Shown here one piece after another: positions 38,414-47,844 of a stretch of 64,000 nucleotides of DNA. Source of the stretch: an uncultured Acidobacteriota bacterium (GTDB lineage: Bacteria; Acidobacteriota; Thermoanaerobaculia; UBA5066; Gp7-AA6). The first letter of the stretch is position 1. The number at the start of each line of letters is the position of its first letter. The DNA lies in contig CAVXTP010000022.1 of the NCBI GenBank assembly GCA_963764715.1, positions 480,001 to 544,000 on the forward strand. Direction: 5' to 3'. Under the pieces are notes generated by a model. That model was not told the origin of the DNA. It made no database searches and worked only from the letters and a program-made list of their open reading frames with translations. The position numbers were made by a program, and so were the translations under genes.

Positions 38414-39150
38414 CCCCGGCGCCTCTCGCCGGGAAGGTTGCCCTCGTGACCGGCGCGGGCGTGCGGGTGGGCCGCGCGATCGCCCTGGCGCTCGCCGGGG
38501 CCGGAGCCGACGTGGCGGTCCACTACAACGCCTCGGCCGGCCCGGCGGAAGAGGCCGCGTCGAGGATCCGTGCGCTCGGGCGCCGCGCCGCGTCTCTCGC
38601 GGCCGACCTCTCGGACGCCGAGGAGCCCGCCGGGCTCGTGCGACGCACGCTCGAGTCGCTCGGAGGGCTCGACCTGCTCGTCCACTCCGCGGCCAACTTC
38701 CAGCGGCTCCCGCTCGAGGACACCGACGCGGCGGTCTGGGACCGGTCGATGAACCTGAACGCCCGCGCCGGGATGCTGCTCGCTCGCGCCGCGGCGCCCT
38801 CGCTGCGCGAGCGTCGGGGGCGAGTCGTTCTCGTCTCGGACTTCATCGCCCTCCAGCCGATCCGAGGCTACGTGGCGCACTCCGTCTCGAAGGCCGCCGC
38901 CGAAGGCCTCGTCCGGGCGCTCGCCGTGGAGCTGGCGCCGGAAGTCTCGGTCAACGGCGTGGCGCCGGGCACGGTCCTCGTGCCCGAGGGAACCTCGGCC
39001 GAGCAGGCCGAGCGCTGGGCGCGCGAATCGCTCCTGAAGCGCAACGGCGAACCCGCCGACGTGGCCGCCGCGGTCGTCTTCCTGTGCGGCGGCCCGTCCT
39101 TCGTCACGGGCCAGATTCTTCGGGTCGACGGAGGTAAGTCCCTGACCTGA
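38410..39150 (+). CDS. SDR oxidoreductase, pteridine-reductase-like
   Basis: TGAGVRVGRAIA, VHYN and VTGQILRVDGG motifs; HSVSK replaces YxxxK. Confidence 0.85.
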   Translation: MTPAPLAGKVALVTGAGVRVGRAIALALAGAGADVAVHYNASAGPAEEAASRIRALGRRAASLAADLSDAEEPAGLVRRTLESLGGLDLLVHSAANFQRLPLEDTDAAVWDRSMNLNARAGMLLARAAAPSLRERRGRVVLVSDFIALQPIRGYVAHSVSKAAAEGLVRALAVELAPEVSVNGVAPGTVLVPEGTSAEQAERWARESLLKRNGEPADVAAAVVFLCGGPSFVTGQILRVDGGKSLT

Positions 39151-39203
39151 TTCGGCCTCCCGGTCGGAGTTACCATGGAGCCACATTCGATTAAGGAGGC
39201 TCC

Positions 39204-40790
39204 ATGTTTCCGGCTGCCGCGCGGCGGTCCGCGCTGCTCTTCGGACTGGGTTATGCCTGCGCGGCGGGCGCTCGCGGCGTCCCGCCGGCCGAGCCGGCCT
39301 GCGGCCCCGTGGCCGTGACCCAGAACGCGAGCGCGACGCCCGAGCCGGACACCGGGAACTCGTGCCTCCTCAGCGGGACTCTGTTTCACCTCGCCAACAG
39401 CTGGTACCGGGCGTTTCCGTCGCCGGGCCCGGCATTCGAGGTCTGCGCCGTCGAGTTCGCCGTCGAGACCGCGCAGAGCGGCGGCGGAGACGGCCAGCCG
39501 CTGACGGTCAAGGTCTACGCCAACCCGGACCAGGCCTTTCCGGACAACTTCGCCTGCCTGCCGGCGCAGCTCGTCGGCACCGCCACGCTCTCCCTCACCG
39601 ATCAGACGATGACGACCGTCCTCGTCCCCCTCGCGGCCTCGATTCCCGCGGGGGCCCAGATGATCGTCGAGATCTACGTGCCGGACGGCTCGCTCACGAA
39701 CGACGTCTTCTACCCCGGATCCAACTCGCAGGCGCAGTCGGACCCGACCTGGGTCTACGCGCCCGGCTGCGGCGGGACCTCGCCGGTCGACCTCGCCGAC
39801 CTCGGCGACCCCTCGTCCCACGTCTTCATGTCCGTCCAGGGCACGCTCGACGACCGGCAGCCCGCCGCGCTCTCCGTGCCGGGAGCCGCGGACGGCGTCA
39901 TCGATCCCGGCGAGGTCGTCGTCCTCGCGCCGTCCTGGAAGAACGTGTCGGGGTCCGACCTGTCGCTGACGGGGACGGCGTCGAACCTCACGGGCCCCGC
40001 CGGGCTGACCCTGGAGCTTCTCGACTCGACCGCCGACTACGGGACGATCCCCGCCGGCGCAACGGCGGACTGCGCGGTCGCGACGGAGGACTGCTATAGC
40101 GTCCTCATCAGCGGTTCGACGATCGGCCACCGCGACGCGAGCTTCGACGAAACGACCGCGCCGGGAGCCGCGATCGCCGGCTTCGCCACGCGTCACCGGG
40201 TGCTGCACGTCGGGGCGAGCTTCGGCGACGTGCCGTCCTCGAACCTCTTCTACCCGTACATCGAGAACGTCCTCCACAACGGCGTGACGGGGGGCTGCGC
40301 CACTCCGGGGTACTTCTGCCCGGCGAGCACGACGCTGCGCCAGCAGATGGCGGTCTTCCTCCTGAAGGCCGCCCTGGGCCCCTGCTACGTTCCCCCGCCG
40401 GCGAAGGGCGGCTTCGCCGACGTCCCGGCCTCGAACCCGTTCGCGCCGTGGATCGAAGACCTCGCGGGCCGCGGCATCACCACCGGCTGCGGACCGCAGC
40501 TCTTCTGCCCCGTCCAGCCGGTGACGCGCAAGCAGATGGCGGTCTTCCTCCTCAAGACGCTCCTCGGGTCGTGGTATCTGCCCCCGGCCCCCACGGGCAT
40601 CTTCGACGACGTCGCTCCCGACGCCTTCCGGCCCTGGATCGAGGACCTCTACGCGCGCGGGATCACGGGCGGCTGCGCGGGCGGGCCGCTTCCGGCCCCG
40701 ATCTCCTACTGCCCCGACAACCTCATCACCCGCGGCCAGATGGCGGCCTTCCTGGTCAAGACGTTCGGGCTCTCGCTCTATCGCCCGTAG
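39204..40790 (+). CDS. S-layer homology (SLH) domain secreted protein
   Basis: TAAGGAGG RBS; three repeats of F.DV...WIE.L...GIT.GC...CP...TR.QMA.FL.K. Confidence 0.85.
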   Translation: MFPAAARRSALLFGLGYACAAGARGVPPAEPACGPVAVTQNASATPEPDTGNSCLLSGTLFHLANSWYRAFPSPGPAFEVCAVEFAVETAQSGGGDGQPLTVKVYANPDQAFPDNFACLPAQLVGTATLSLTDQTMTTVLVPLAASIPAGAQMIVEIYVPDGSLTNDVFYPGSNSQAQSDPTWVYAPGCGGTSPVDLADLGDPSSHVFMSVQGTLDDRQPAALSVPGAADGVIDPGEVVVLAPSWKNVSGSDLSLTGTASNLTGPAGLTLELLDSTADYGTIPAGATADCAVATEDCYSVLISGSTIGHRDASFDETTAPGAAIAGFATRHRVLHVGASFGDVPSSNLFYPYIENVLHNGVTGGCATPGYFCPASTTLRQQMAVFLLKAALGPCYVPPPAKGGFADVPASNPFAPWIEDLAGRGITTGCGPQLFCPVQPVTRKQMAVFLLKTLLGSWYLPPAPTGIFDDVAPDAFRPWIEDLYARGITGGCAGGPLPAPISYCPDNLITRGQMAAFLVKTFGLSLYRP

Positions 40791-40808
40791 CGGGCGCGCA
40801 ATCCGCTC

Positions 40809-41366
40809 TCAGCGCGGCCCGAACTCGGCGTGCTCGGCCCGGAGCCGGCCCGCGAACTTCCGCATGAGCGCGCACCGCGCCTCGGCCAGACGCCGCCCGG
40901 CGTCCGTCCGGAGCGGAGCCGCGGCCGCCGCCTCGATCGCGTCCGCCATCTCGAGGATGTCGAGCCGCTCGCGGTACGCGTCGGCGAGGCCGCGGGCGAT
41001 CCCGTAGGCCCCCATCGTCTCGAGCTTCAGCGCGTCGTGCACGACCTCCTCCTCGGGCGAGGCGGGCGCCGTCTCGAACCGCGAGAGCGCCGTGAAGACG
41101 CGGCGGACCGTCTTCGGCGCAACGCCAAGCGATCCCAGGAAGATCTCCGTGCGGCTCCGGTGGCCCATCCGGGAGACCCACTTCTCCTGCCCCGAGAAGA
41201 CGGCGAGCAGGAAGAGGAGGTCGGCGTCCAGGCCTTCCGTTCCGGCGGCGATCGTCTGCGTGGCGGAAACCATGCGCTCGACGTCGCCGTAATTCGTGAC
41301 GCCGTCCAGCCCGACGGCGAGCGGCTTGACGTAGTCGAGTATCGATTTTCGCGCCGCGGCATCCAT
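40809..41366 (-). CDS. Degenerate HD-domain-like protein
   Basis: VHDALKLETMGAYGIAR and LRTDAGRRLAEAR match the HD-family C-terminus, but the HD dyad is absent (LLAVFSG). Confidence 0.65.
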   Translation of the reverse strand: MDAAARKSILDYVKPLAVGLDGVTNYGDVERMVSATQTIAAGTEGLDADLLFLLAVFSGQEKWVSRMGHRSRTEIFLGSLGVAPKTVRRVFTALSRFETAPASPEEEVVHDALKLETMGAYGIARGLADAYRERLDILEMADAIEAAAAAPLRTDAGRRLAEARCALMRKFAGRLRAEHAEFGPR

Positions 41367-41417
41367 GAAGGGGATACTAGTGTTCTCATGACCGATGTTG
41401 CTACGCGGCTTCCGTAC

Positions 41418-41469
41418 GTAGGGGCGGCCCTTGCGGCCGCCCTCGGGCGGGGACAAGCCCCGCCCCTAC
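41418..41469. repeat. REPIN-like inverted doublet of GTAG REPs
   Basis: GTAGGGGCGGCCCTTGCGGCCGCCC-TC-GGGCGGGGACAAGCCCCGCCCCTAC. Confidence 0.85.
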
Positions 41470-41513
41470 TTCCCGCGGACGGCAGCGCCACGCCGGCAAG
41501 GAAGTTCCAGGCC

Positions 41514-42122
41514 ATGATCATTCGGAAGAACCCGAACATCCGTTTTCCCAATCCCGATCCCTCGCGGGTGCCGCCGGGCCAGTTCGTCACGCCGCAGTGG
41601 CCGGTCCTCCACTTCGGCTCGATCCCGAAGGTCGATCTCGCGACGTGGAAGTTCTCCGTTTGGGGAGAGGTCGAGAACCCGGTCGCCTGGACCTGGGAGG
41701 AGTTTCAGAAGCTCCCCCGCGCCGCCCGCCGGAACGACGTTCACTGCGTGACGCACTGGACGAAGCTCGACAACGAATGGGAAGGCGTTCCCGTCCGCGA
41801 AGTCCTGAAGATCGCCCGACCGAAGCCTTCGGCCCGGTTCGTCATCGAGCACGCCATCGGCGGCTGGACGACGAACGTTCCGCTCGCCGACTTCGACCGC
41901 GACGAGAACCTCCTCGCCACGCACCACGGCGGAGCGCCGCTGTCATTCGAGCACGGCGCGCCGATGCGCATCGTGATCCCGCACCTCTACTTCTGGAAGG
42001 GCGCCAAGTGGGCGAGCGGGCTCGAGCTGACGGCCGAGGACCAGGCCGGGTTCTGGGAAGTCAACGGGTACCACATGCGCGGCGACCCGTGGAAGGAAGA
42101 GCGCTTCCGCGACGACCTGTAA
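41514..42122 (+). CDS. Sulfite-oxidase-like molybdopterin oxidoreductase (YuiH-like)
   Basis: RVPPGQ, DVHCVTHW, EHGAPMR, YFWKGAKW and GFWE.NGYH..GDPWKEER motifs. Confidence 0.9.
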   Translation: MIIRKNPNIRFPNPDPSRVPPGQFVTPQWPVLHFGSIPKVDLATWKFSVWGEVENPVAWTWEEFQKLPRAARRNDVHCVTHWTKLDNEWEGVPVREVLKIARPKPSARFVIEHAIGGWTTNVPLADFDRDENLLATHHGGAPLSFEHGAPMRIVIPHLYFWKGAKWASGLELTAEDQAGFWEVNGYHMRGDPWKEERFRDDL

Positions 42123-42153
42123 CAGGGAGGGACCAGCCCCTCCCCCGCGGCGG

Positions 42154-42645
42154 CTAGGCCGGCGTCCGCCGCCGCGGCGGCGGCGTCGGAGCGTCCTCGA
42201 GGTCCGAGGCGGCCCCGTCGCGGAGCTGGCGGCGCCGCCGCTGCATCATGGCCCGCGCGTTCTCCCGCATCCGGACGAGCTTCTCCCGCTGCTCGGGCGT
42301 GAGGACCGCCTTCATGTCGAGCTCCATCAGGGCGAGCTCCTTCTGCAGCGCCGCGCGGGATTGCTCCCGGGCCTCGATCTTCGCCTCGAGGGCCTTCCGG
42401 TCGACGTCGTCGCCCTGCATCGCCTGGTCGTAGTCGAACTGCTTCTTCTCGAAGTCCGCCCGCAGGTCGATGAGCTTCGGCTTGGCGGCGGCGAAGATCT
42501 TCTCGAGCTTCTCGCCCTGCTCGGGCGTCAGCGCGAGCTCCTGCGCGATCCGCGGACGCTTCCACCATTTCCCTTCGGCGACGCCCTGCGCCCGCAGCGC
42601 CGCGGCGGCGAGGAGCAGGAGCGCGACGCACGCGGTCCGCCTCAC
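42154..42645 (-). CDS. Spy/CpxP/ZraP-like periplasmic protein
   Basis: Signal peptide; KWWK, ELALTPEQ and VLTPEQREKL (LTxxQ motifs). Confidence 0.85.
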   Translation of the reverse strand: MRRTACVALLLLAAAALRAQGVAEGKWWKRPRIAQELALTPEQGEKLEKIFAAAKPKLIDLRADFEKKQFDYDQAMQGDDVDRKALEAKIEAREQSRAALQKELALMELDMKAVLTPEQREKLVRMRENARAMMQRRRRQLRDGAASDLEDAPTPPPRRRTPA

Positions 42646-43130
42646 AGGCTCTCCTCGAGCGCCAGGTCCGGCTCGTCCCCGCCCTGCGCGATGAACTCCG
42701 TGTCCCGCAGGAGGGCGTCGTCATCGCGGTCCGCCGCCGACGCGAAGCCCATGTCCGCGGAGGCTCCGGAGGCGGCCGGGGCCGGGCGCGAGCGCCGCGC
42801 CGGCATCGCGAGCGCGACGAGCAGGACGACCGCGGCGGCGCCGGCGATCCAGCGGACGGAAGCCCCCGCCCGGCGAGGGCGCGCGCGGCGGACCGCCGAC
42901 ATCGTGGCCTCGCGCGCCGCGGCCCACTCCTCTTCCGGCCGGTCGTCGATCGCCGCGACGTCTTCCCGCGCGAGCTCGCGCATCGCTCCGCGCCACTCCT
43001 GCAGCGCCCGGGCGCACGCCTCGCAGCGCGACAGGTGCTGCGGCAGCGGCTGCGGCTCCCCCGACGCCGGGGCGGCGAGCCCGAAGAGCTCGGCGTCGGT
43101 CAGGTGCGGCCCGGGTCCCCTCGTTTCCAT
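42642..43130 (-). CDS. Anti-sigma factor (HxxxCxxC)
   Basis: HLSRCEAC, one TM helix, DDALL motif. Confidence 0.8.
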   Translation of the reverse strand: METRGPGPHLTDAELFGLAAPASGEPQPLPQHLSRCEACARALQEWRGAMRELAREDVAAIDDRPEEEWAAAREATMSAVRRARPRRAGASVRWIAGAAAVVLLVALAMPARRSRPAPAASGASADMGFASAADRDDDALLRDTEFIAQGGDEPDLALEESL

Positions 43131-43136
43131 CGTTCC

Positions 43137-43736
43137 CTACTCCCGGAAGTCCGAGAGCCGCTCCCGCATCTTCTGGGCGGCCCGGAAGAGATGGGACTTG
43201 ATCGTTCCCGCGTCGAGGCCGGTGACCTCGGCGATGTCCGGGATCGACATTTCCTCGAAGTGTTTCATCATGAAGATCGAGCGCTGGCGCGGCGAGAGAG
43301 CCTCCATGGCGAGGCGCATTCTCTCGCGGATCTCCCGTCCGGCGGTCCGCCGCTCCGCCGAGGGCTCGCGGCTGACGGCGAGCTCCTGCGGCCCCTCCGA
43401 CTCGTCGTCCCCGTCGCGCCGGGGGGCTTGATGGAAGTAGAGGACGAGACGGCGCCGCTTCAACCGGTCCTTGCACCAGTTGATGCAGATCCGCGTCAGC
43501 CACGTCTCGAACGTCGAGCCTTCGCGGAAGCTCTCGAGGCTCTGGTACGCGCGCAGGAAGCTCTCCTGCGCGGCACAGTCCGCCTCGCCGACGTCGCGCA
43601 GGAACCGGTACGCGATCCGCGTGACCTTCTTCTGGTACTGCCGCACGAAGTACTCGTAGAGCTCCGTCCGGCCGGCCAGGATTTCCCGGATCAGCTGCCC
43701 TTCGTCGACGGGGGCCGAGGTCTCGTGCGGAATCAT
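43137..43736 (-). CDS. ECF RNA polymerase sigma factor
   Basis: AQESFLRAY, TWLTRICIN and GTIKSHLFRA motifs. Start placed at 43736 because of the promoter position; 43757 is the alternative. Confidence 0.92.
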   Translation of the reverse strand: MIPHETSAPVDEGQLIREILAGRTELYEYFVRQYQKKVTRIAYRFLRDVGEADCAAQESFLRAYQSLESFREGSTFETWLTRICINWCKDRLKRRRLVLYFHQAPRRDGDDESEGPQELAVSREPSAERRTAGREIRERMRLAMEALSPRQRSIFMMKHFEEMSIPDIAEVTGLDAGTIKSHLFRAAQKMRERLSDFRE

Positions 43737-43759
43737 GGCCAGAGCCGGCACGAGCATTG

Positions 43760-43785
43760 GACGAGCGGGCAGACCGCCGGTTTAC
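43760..43785 (-). promoter_or_regulatory. ECF autoregulatory promoter (GTAAAC-N16-CGTC)
   Basis: AAC -35 and CGT -10 elements with a 16-nt spacer, directly upstream of the ECF gene. Confidence 0.6.
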
Positions 43786-43867
43786 GCCCCCGCGCACCCG
43801 CGCGCGGCCCCCAACCGTCTCGCCGAGAGCGGTTTGCGGCCATGAGCGGCAAGGGTAACATCGGCCG

Positions 43868-44713
43868 GTGACCGTCCCGCAGGTGATCCTCGTCACGGGC
43901 TGCTCCTCCGGGATCGGCCGCGCGACGGCCCTCGAGGCGTCCCGGCGGGGCCACCGGGTCTTCGCCTCGGCCCGCAACCGCAGCGACCTCGCGGATCTCG
44001 AGCGGCGGGACAACCTCACGGCGCTCGCCCTCGACGTCACGGATCCGGCCTCCGTCCGCGCCGCCGTCGAGCTCGTCCTCGCCCGCGCGGGCCGGATCGA
44101 TGCCCTCGTCAACAACGCCGGCTACGCGCAGTACGGGGCGGTCGAGGAGGTGACGCCCGAGGAGTGGCGCGCCGTGTTCGAGGTCAACTTTTTCGGGCTG
44201 CTGGACGTGACGCGCGCCGTCCTGCCCGCGATGCGCGCCGCCCGACGCGGCACGATCGTGCTGATCTCCTCGCTCGGCGGCCGGGTCAGCGTTCCCTTCG
44301 CCTCCCCGTACTGCGCCTCGAAGCACGCGCTGGAGGCCGTCGCCGACGCCCTCCGCGTCGAAACGGCGCCCTTCGGCGTGCGCGTCGCGACCGTCGAGCC
44401 CGGGCCGATCGACACCCGTTTCGCCGACCGGGCGCGGTCGATCGTCGGTCCCCTGATCGCCCGGCCGGGGCCGTACCGGGCCTTCTACGCGAACGCCGAG
44501 CGCGCGATGGATGGCGACTTCCGCCGGGGCCACCTTCCGCCCGAGGCGGTCGCGCGCGTCGTGGTCGCCGCGATCGAGTCGCCGCGCCCGCGCCCGCGCT
44601 ACCGGGTGACCTGGCTCGCCCGCGTGCTCATCCTGATGAAGACGGTCCTCCCGGACCGCTGGCTCGACCGGGTCATGCGGTCCTCCCTGAAGCTCCCGGC
44701 CGGCCCCGGCTGA
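43868..44713 (+). CDS. Short-chain dehydrogenase/reductase
   Basis: TGCSSGIG, NNAG and YCASK motifs. Confidence 0.92.
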   Translation: MTVPQVILVTGCSSGIGRATALEASRRGHRVFASARNRSDLADLERRDNLTALALDVTDPASVRAAVELVLARAGRIDALVNNAGYAQYGAVEEVTPEEWRAVFEVNFFGLLDVTRAVLPAMRAARRGTIVLISSLGGRVSVPFASPYCASKHALEAVADALRVETAPFGVRVATVEPGPIDTRFADRARSIVGPLIARPGPYRAFYANAERAMDGDFRRGHLPPEAVARVVVAAIESPRPRPRYRVTWLARVLILMKTVLPDRWLDRVMRSSLKLPAGPG

Positions 44714-44716
44714 GCG

Positions 44717-45889
44717 ATGCCCGTCCGGCGGACTCTCGCCTCGCGCGTCCCGATCAAGGTCTGGACCGACGACGTCGAAGCCTCGGCCGCGGCGCAGCTC
44801 GTCCGGACCGGCGCCCTGCCCTTCGTCTTCCGGCACGTCGCGGCGATGGCCGACACCCACTGGGGGATGGGCGCGACCGTCGGGAGCGTCATCGCCACGA
44901 AGGGCGCGATCTGCCCGGCGGCCGTCGGCGTGGACATCGGCTGCGGCATGGCGGCGGTCCGGACCTCGCTCGACGCTTCCGCCCTGGACGGGAAGCTCCC
45001 CCGCCTCCGCGCCTCGATCGAGCGGGGCATCCCGGTCGGGTTCCACCAGCGCTCGGAAGTCCACCCGCGGGCGGCGGCGCTTCTCCGGGCCGCGGAGAAC
45101 GCGGATCTCCCGGCGGTCGCCTCGGAGGCCGAGAAGAAGAAGGCCGCCCACCAGTGCGGGACGCTCGGCGGCGGCAACCATTTCATCGAGATCTGCGTGG
45201 GCGAGGACGATGCCCGCGTCTGGGTGCTCCTCCACTCGGGCTCGCGCAACATCGGCAAGGTGACCGCCGAGAGGCACATCGGACGGGCGAAGGGCGTCAT
45301 GAAGCGCCTCGCCGTCGACCTGCCGGACCCGGACCTCGCGTACTTCGCGACCGGGACGACGGAGTTCGACGACTACGTCCGGGACCTCCGCTGGTGTCAG
45401 GACTTCGCCCGCACGAACCGCGACATCATGGTCGAGGAGGTCCTCAAGGACCTGCGCCACGTCACCGGGCCCTTCGAGACCGAGCCCGCGATCAACTGTC
45501 ATCACAACTACGTCGCCTGGGAGCGCCACTTCGGCGAGGATGTCATGGTCACGCGCAAGGGGGCGATCCGGGCCCGGCGCGGCGACCTCGGCATCATTCC
45601 CGGCTCGATGGGCACCGGCTCCTTCATCGTCCGCGGGCTCGGCCAGCCGGACTCCTTCGACAGCGCCCCGCACGGCGCGGGCCGGAGGATGTCCCGCGGC
45701 GAGGCCCGCCGCCGCTTCACCCGCGAGGACCTCGCCGCGCAGACCGAGGGCGTCGAGTGCCGCAAGGACGCCGGCGTCATCGACGAGATCCCCGGGGCGT
45801 ACAAGCCGATCGGCGAGGTGATCGAGAACTCCTCCGACCTCGTCGAGGTCGTCGCGCGGCTCAAGCAAGTGGTGTGCGTCAAGGGGTGA
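44717..45889 (+). CDS. rtcB: RNA 2',3'-cyclic phosphate / 5'-OH ligase
   Basis: MADTH.G.G, VGVDIGCG, GTLGGGNHFIE, HSGSR, HHNY, IPGSMG, HGAGR and EIPGAYK motifs. Confidence 0.95.
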   Translation: MPVRRTLASRVPIKVWTDDVEASAAAQLVRTGALPFVFRHVAAMADTHWGMGATVGSVIATKGAICPAAVGVDIGCGMAAVRTSLDASALDGKLPRLRASIERGIPVGFHQRSEVHPRAAALLRAAENADLPAVASEAEKKKAAHQCGTLGGGNHFIEICVGEDDARVWVLLHSGSRNIGKVTAERHIGRAKGVMKRLAVDLPDPDLAYFATGTTEFDDYVRDLRWCQDFARTNRDIMVEEVLKDLRHVTGPFETEPAINCHHNYVAWERHFGEDVMVTRKGAIRARRGDLGIIPGSMGTGSFIVRGLGQPDSFDSAPHGAGRRMSRGEARRRFTREDLAAQTEGVECRKDAGVIDEIPGAYKPIGEVIENSSDLVEVVARLKQVVCVKG

Positions 45890-45954
45890 TGCGCCGATGC
45901 TCCGCGCCCGGCCGCCGCTCGAGCGGCCAGATCGAGAAGTCCGCGCTCGAGAAT

Positions 45955-46031
45955 TGGTGGGACCGGCCGGAGTCGAACCGGCGACCTAGAGTTTAGGAAA
46001 CTCTTGCTCTATCCAACTGAGCTACGGCCCC
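45955..46031 (-). tRNA. tRNA-Arg(CCT)
   Basis: GGGGCCGTAGCTCAGTTGGATAGAGCAAGAGTTTCCTAAACTCTAGGTCGCCGGTTCGACTCCGGCCGGTCCCACCA folds as a cloverleaf. Confidence 0.97.
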
Positions 46032-46131
46032 TCCGCTTCATGATCCCACAGGCCGAACGCGGATCGCAGACGGGCCGCGCCGGGTCGAGAGCGCCGCGGC
46101 CGCCATCGCGAACCGCCGCATGGCGGGGACT

Positions 46132-47826
46132 CTACCGCGCCGTGCGGATCCGGCCGGTGAACTCGCGGGCGGGCTCGGAGGCGGGCCGGTCGGTGGGCAC
46201 GCCGAGATAGAAGCCCTGGCCGTAAGGAATGCCGAGGGCACGGCACTCCTCGAGGTCCTCCGGGGTCTCGATCCCTTCCGCCACGCACACGGCGTCGATC
46301 CGGCCGGAGAGGTTGACGAGCATCTCGACGACGTCGCGCTTGATCGAGTCGGTCCGGAGGCCCGTGACGAGGGTGTTGGCCACCTTGATGAAGTCGGGCT
46401 TGAGCTCGGCGATGGCCTGGAGCGAGGCGTAGCCCGAGCCGGCGTCGTCGATCGCGATGCGGAACCCGAGCTCGCGCAGCCGCGCCAGGGCACTGCGGAA
46501 GACGGCGACGTCCCGGATCGCGGAACGCTCGGTGACCTCGAGGACGATCGAGTGCTTCTGGGCGAAGAGCGGGGGGACGGCCTGGGGGCCGTTCTTCGAC
46601 AGGGTCGCGATCGTGTCGGCCTCGATGTTGATGAAGAGGTTCCCGGGGCTCGCGGGCGAGTAGTTCGAGGCCGAGGACGCGAGGCAGAGCTGCTCGAGCT
46701 CCCACACCGACTCGTTCTCGCCGGCGAACTGGAAGAGGAGCTCCGGGCTCTCGAAGGCGGTGTCCGCCGGGCCGCGGGTCAGGGCCTCGTGGCCGAAGAC
46801 CTCGAGCTTCTCGAGCTGGAAGATGGGCTGGTAGACCGTCCGGATCCGGCCCCGGCGGAGGATGTCGCCGAAGCTCTCCCGCAGGAGGCTCTGGCGCTCC
46901 TCCTCCTTGGTCGTCGCCACGGCGATGGCCTGGCGGAGCCCCTTGTAGACGAGGCGCTCGACCCGCATCTGCGGGTTCGGCCGCAGGAGCGCATGCCCCA
47001 CGAACACGCCGATGCGCTTGTGGATGCGGGCCCCGAAGGCCTCGTCGAGCGAGCCGCGCAGCGATTCCTCGACCTGGCGGGCCTTGCGCTGGAGCCGCGT
47101 GGAGGCGTCCTCGCCCGGCTCGAGGCTCGCGAAGACGTAGAAGTCGGAGCCGCCCGCGCGGTTGACCGCGACGAAGTCCTCGGTCGCGAACACCGTCCCG
47201 ACCATCCGCCGGAGGGTCCGCGCGGTGTGCTTCAGGAGGCCGTCGAAGACCTCCCATCCGTAAGCCTCCTCGATGTGGCTGTACTGCTCGACGTCGATGT
47301 ACAGGACCCCCATCTCCCGGTTGTCGAGCAGCCGGTCGCGCAGGGCGTCGATGATCACCGGGACGGTCGGAAGCTCCGTCACCGCGTCGAAGAGCAGGTT
47401 GTGAAAGCGGACCTCTTCGTTCTCCGAGCCGAGGAAGGACGGCGGGGTCTCGCGCTTCTCGTCGAGGAGCCGCCGCACCGTCGTCAGGAGCTTCTTCCGG
47501 GTGAAGGGCTTGGTGATGTAGTCGTCGGCCCCGACCTGCATGCCCGTGATGAGGTCGCGGATCTCGCTCTTGACCGTCAGCATCGCGATCGGGATCTGGC
47601 GGGTCTCCGGCGCGCTCTTGAGGGTCGTGCAGACCTCCCAGCCCGAGAGCTCCGGCATCATCACGTCGAGGAGGATCAGGTCGGGCTGGCCGTCGATCGC
47701 CTTCTCGACAGCCTCGCGGCCGTTGCGCGCCAGCACCGCCGTATATCCGGCGTTGTCGAGGATTGTCTGAACGATGAGAAGGACGTCTTCGTCATCGTCG
47801 ACGATGAGGATTCGCTCGGCAGCCAT
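46132..47826 (-). CDS. Response regulator with degenerate GGDEF and EAL phosphodiesterase domains
   Basis: ILIVDD, LLDVMMP, KPF; GGSDF; HEALTRGP, EVTE, DDAGSGYASL, AEGIE, QGF. Confidence 0.9.
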   Translation of the reverse strand: MAAERILIVDDDEDVLLIVQTILDNAGYTAVLARNGREAVEKAIDGQPDLILLDVMMPELSGWEVCTTLKSAPETRQIPIAMLTVKSEIRDLITGMQVGADDYITKPFTRKKLLTTVRRLLDEKRETPPSFLGSENEEVRFHNLLFDAVTELPTVPVIIDALRDRLLDNREMGVLYIDVEQYSHIEEAYGWEVFDGLLKHTARTLRRMVGTVFATEDFVAVNRAGGSDFYVFASLEPGEDASTRLQRKARQVEESLRGSLDEAFGARIHKRIGVFVGHALLRPNPQMRVERLVYKGLRQAIAVATTKEEERQSLLRESFGDILRRGRIRTVYQPIFQLEKLEVFGHEALTRGPADTAFESPELLFQFAGENESVWELEQLCLASSASNYSPASPGNLFINIEADTIATLSKNGPQAVPPLFAQKHSIVLEVTERSAIRDVAVFRSALARLRELGFRIAIDDAGSGYASLQAIAELKPDFIKVANTLVTGLRTDSIKRDVVEMLVNLSGRIDAVCVAEGIETPEDLEECRALGIPYGQGFYLGVPTDRPASEPAREFTGRIRTAR

Positions 47827-47844
47827 CTTGGAGGAGTGCGCGAA

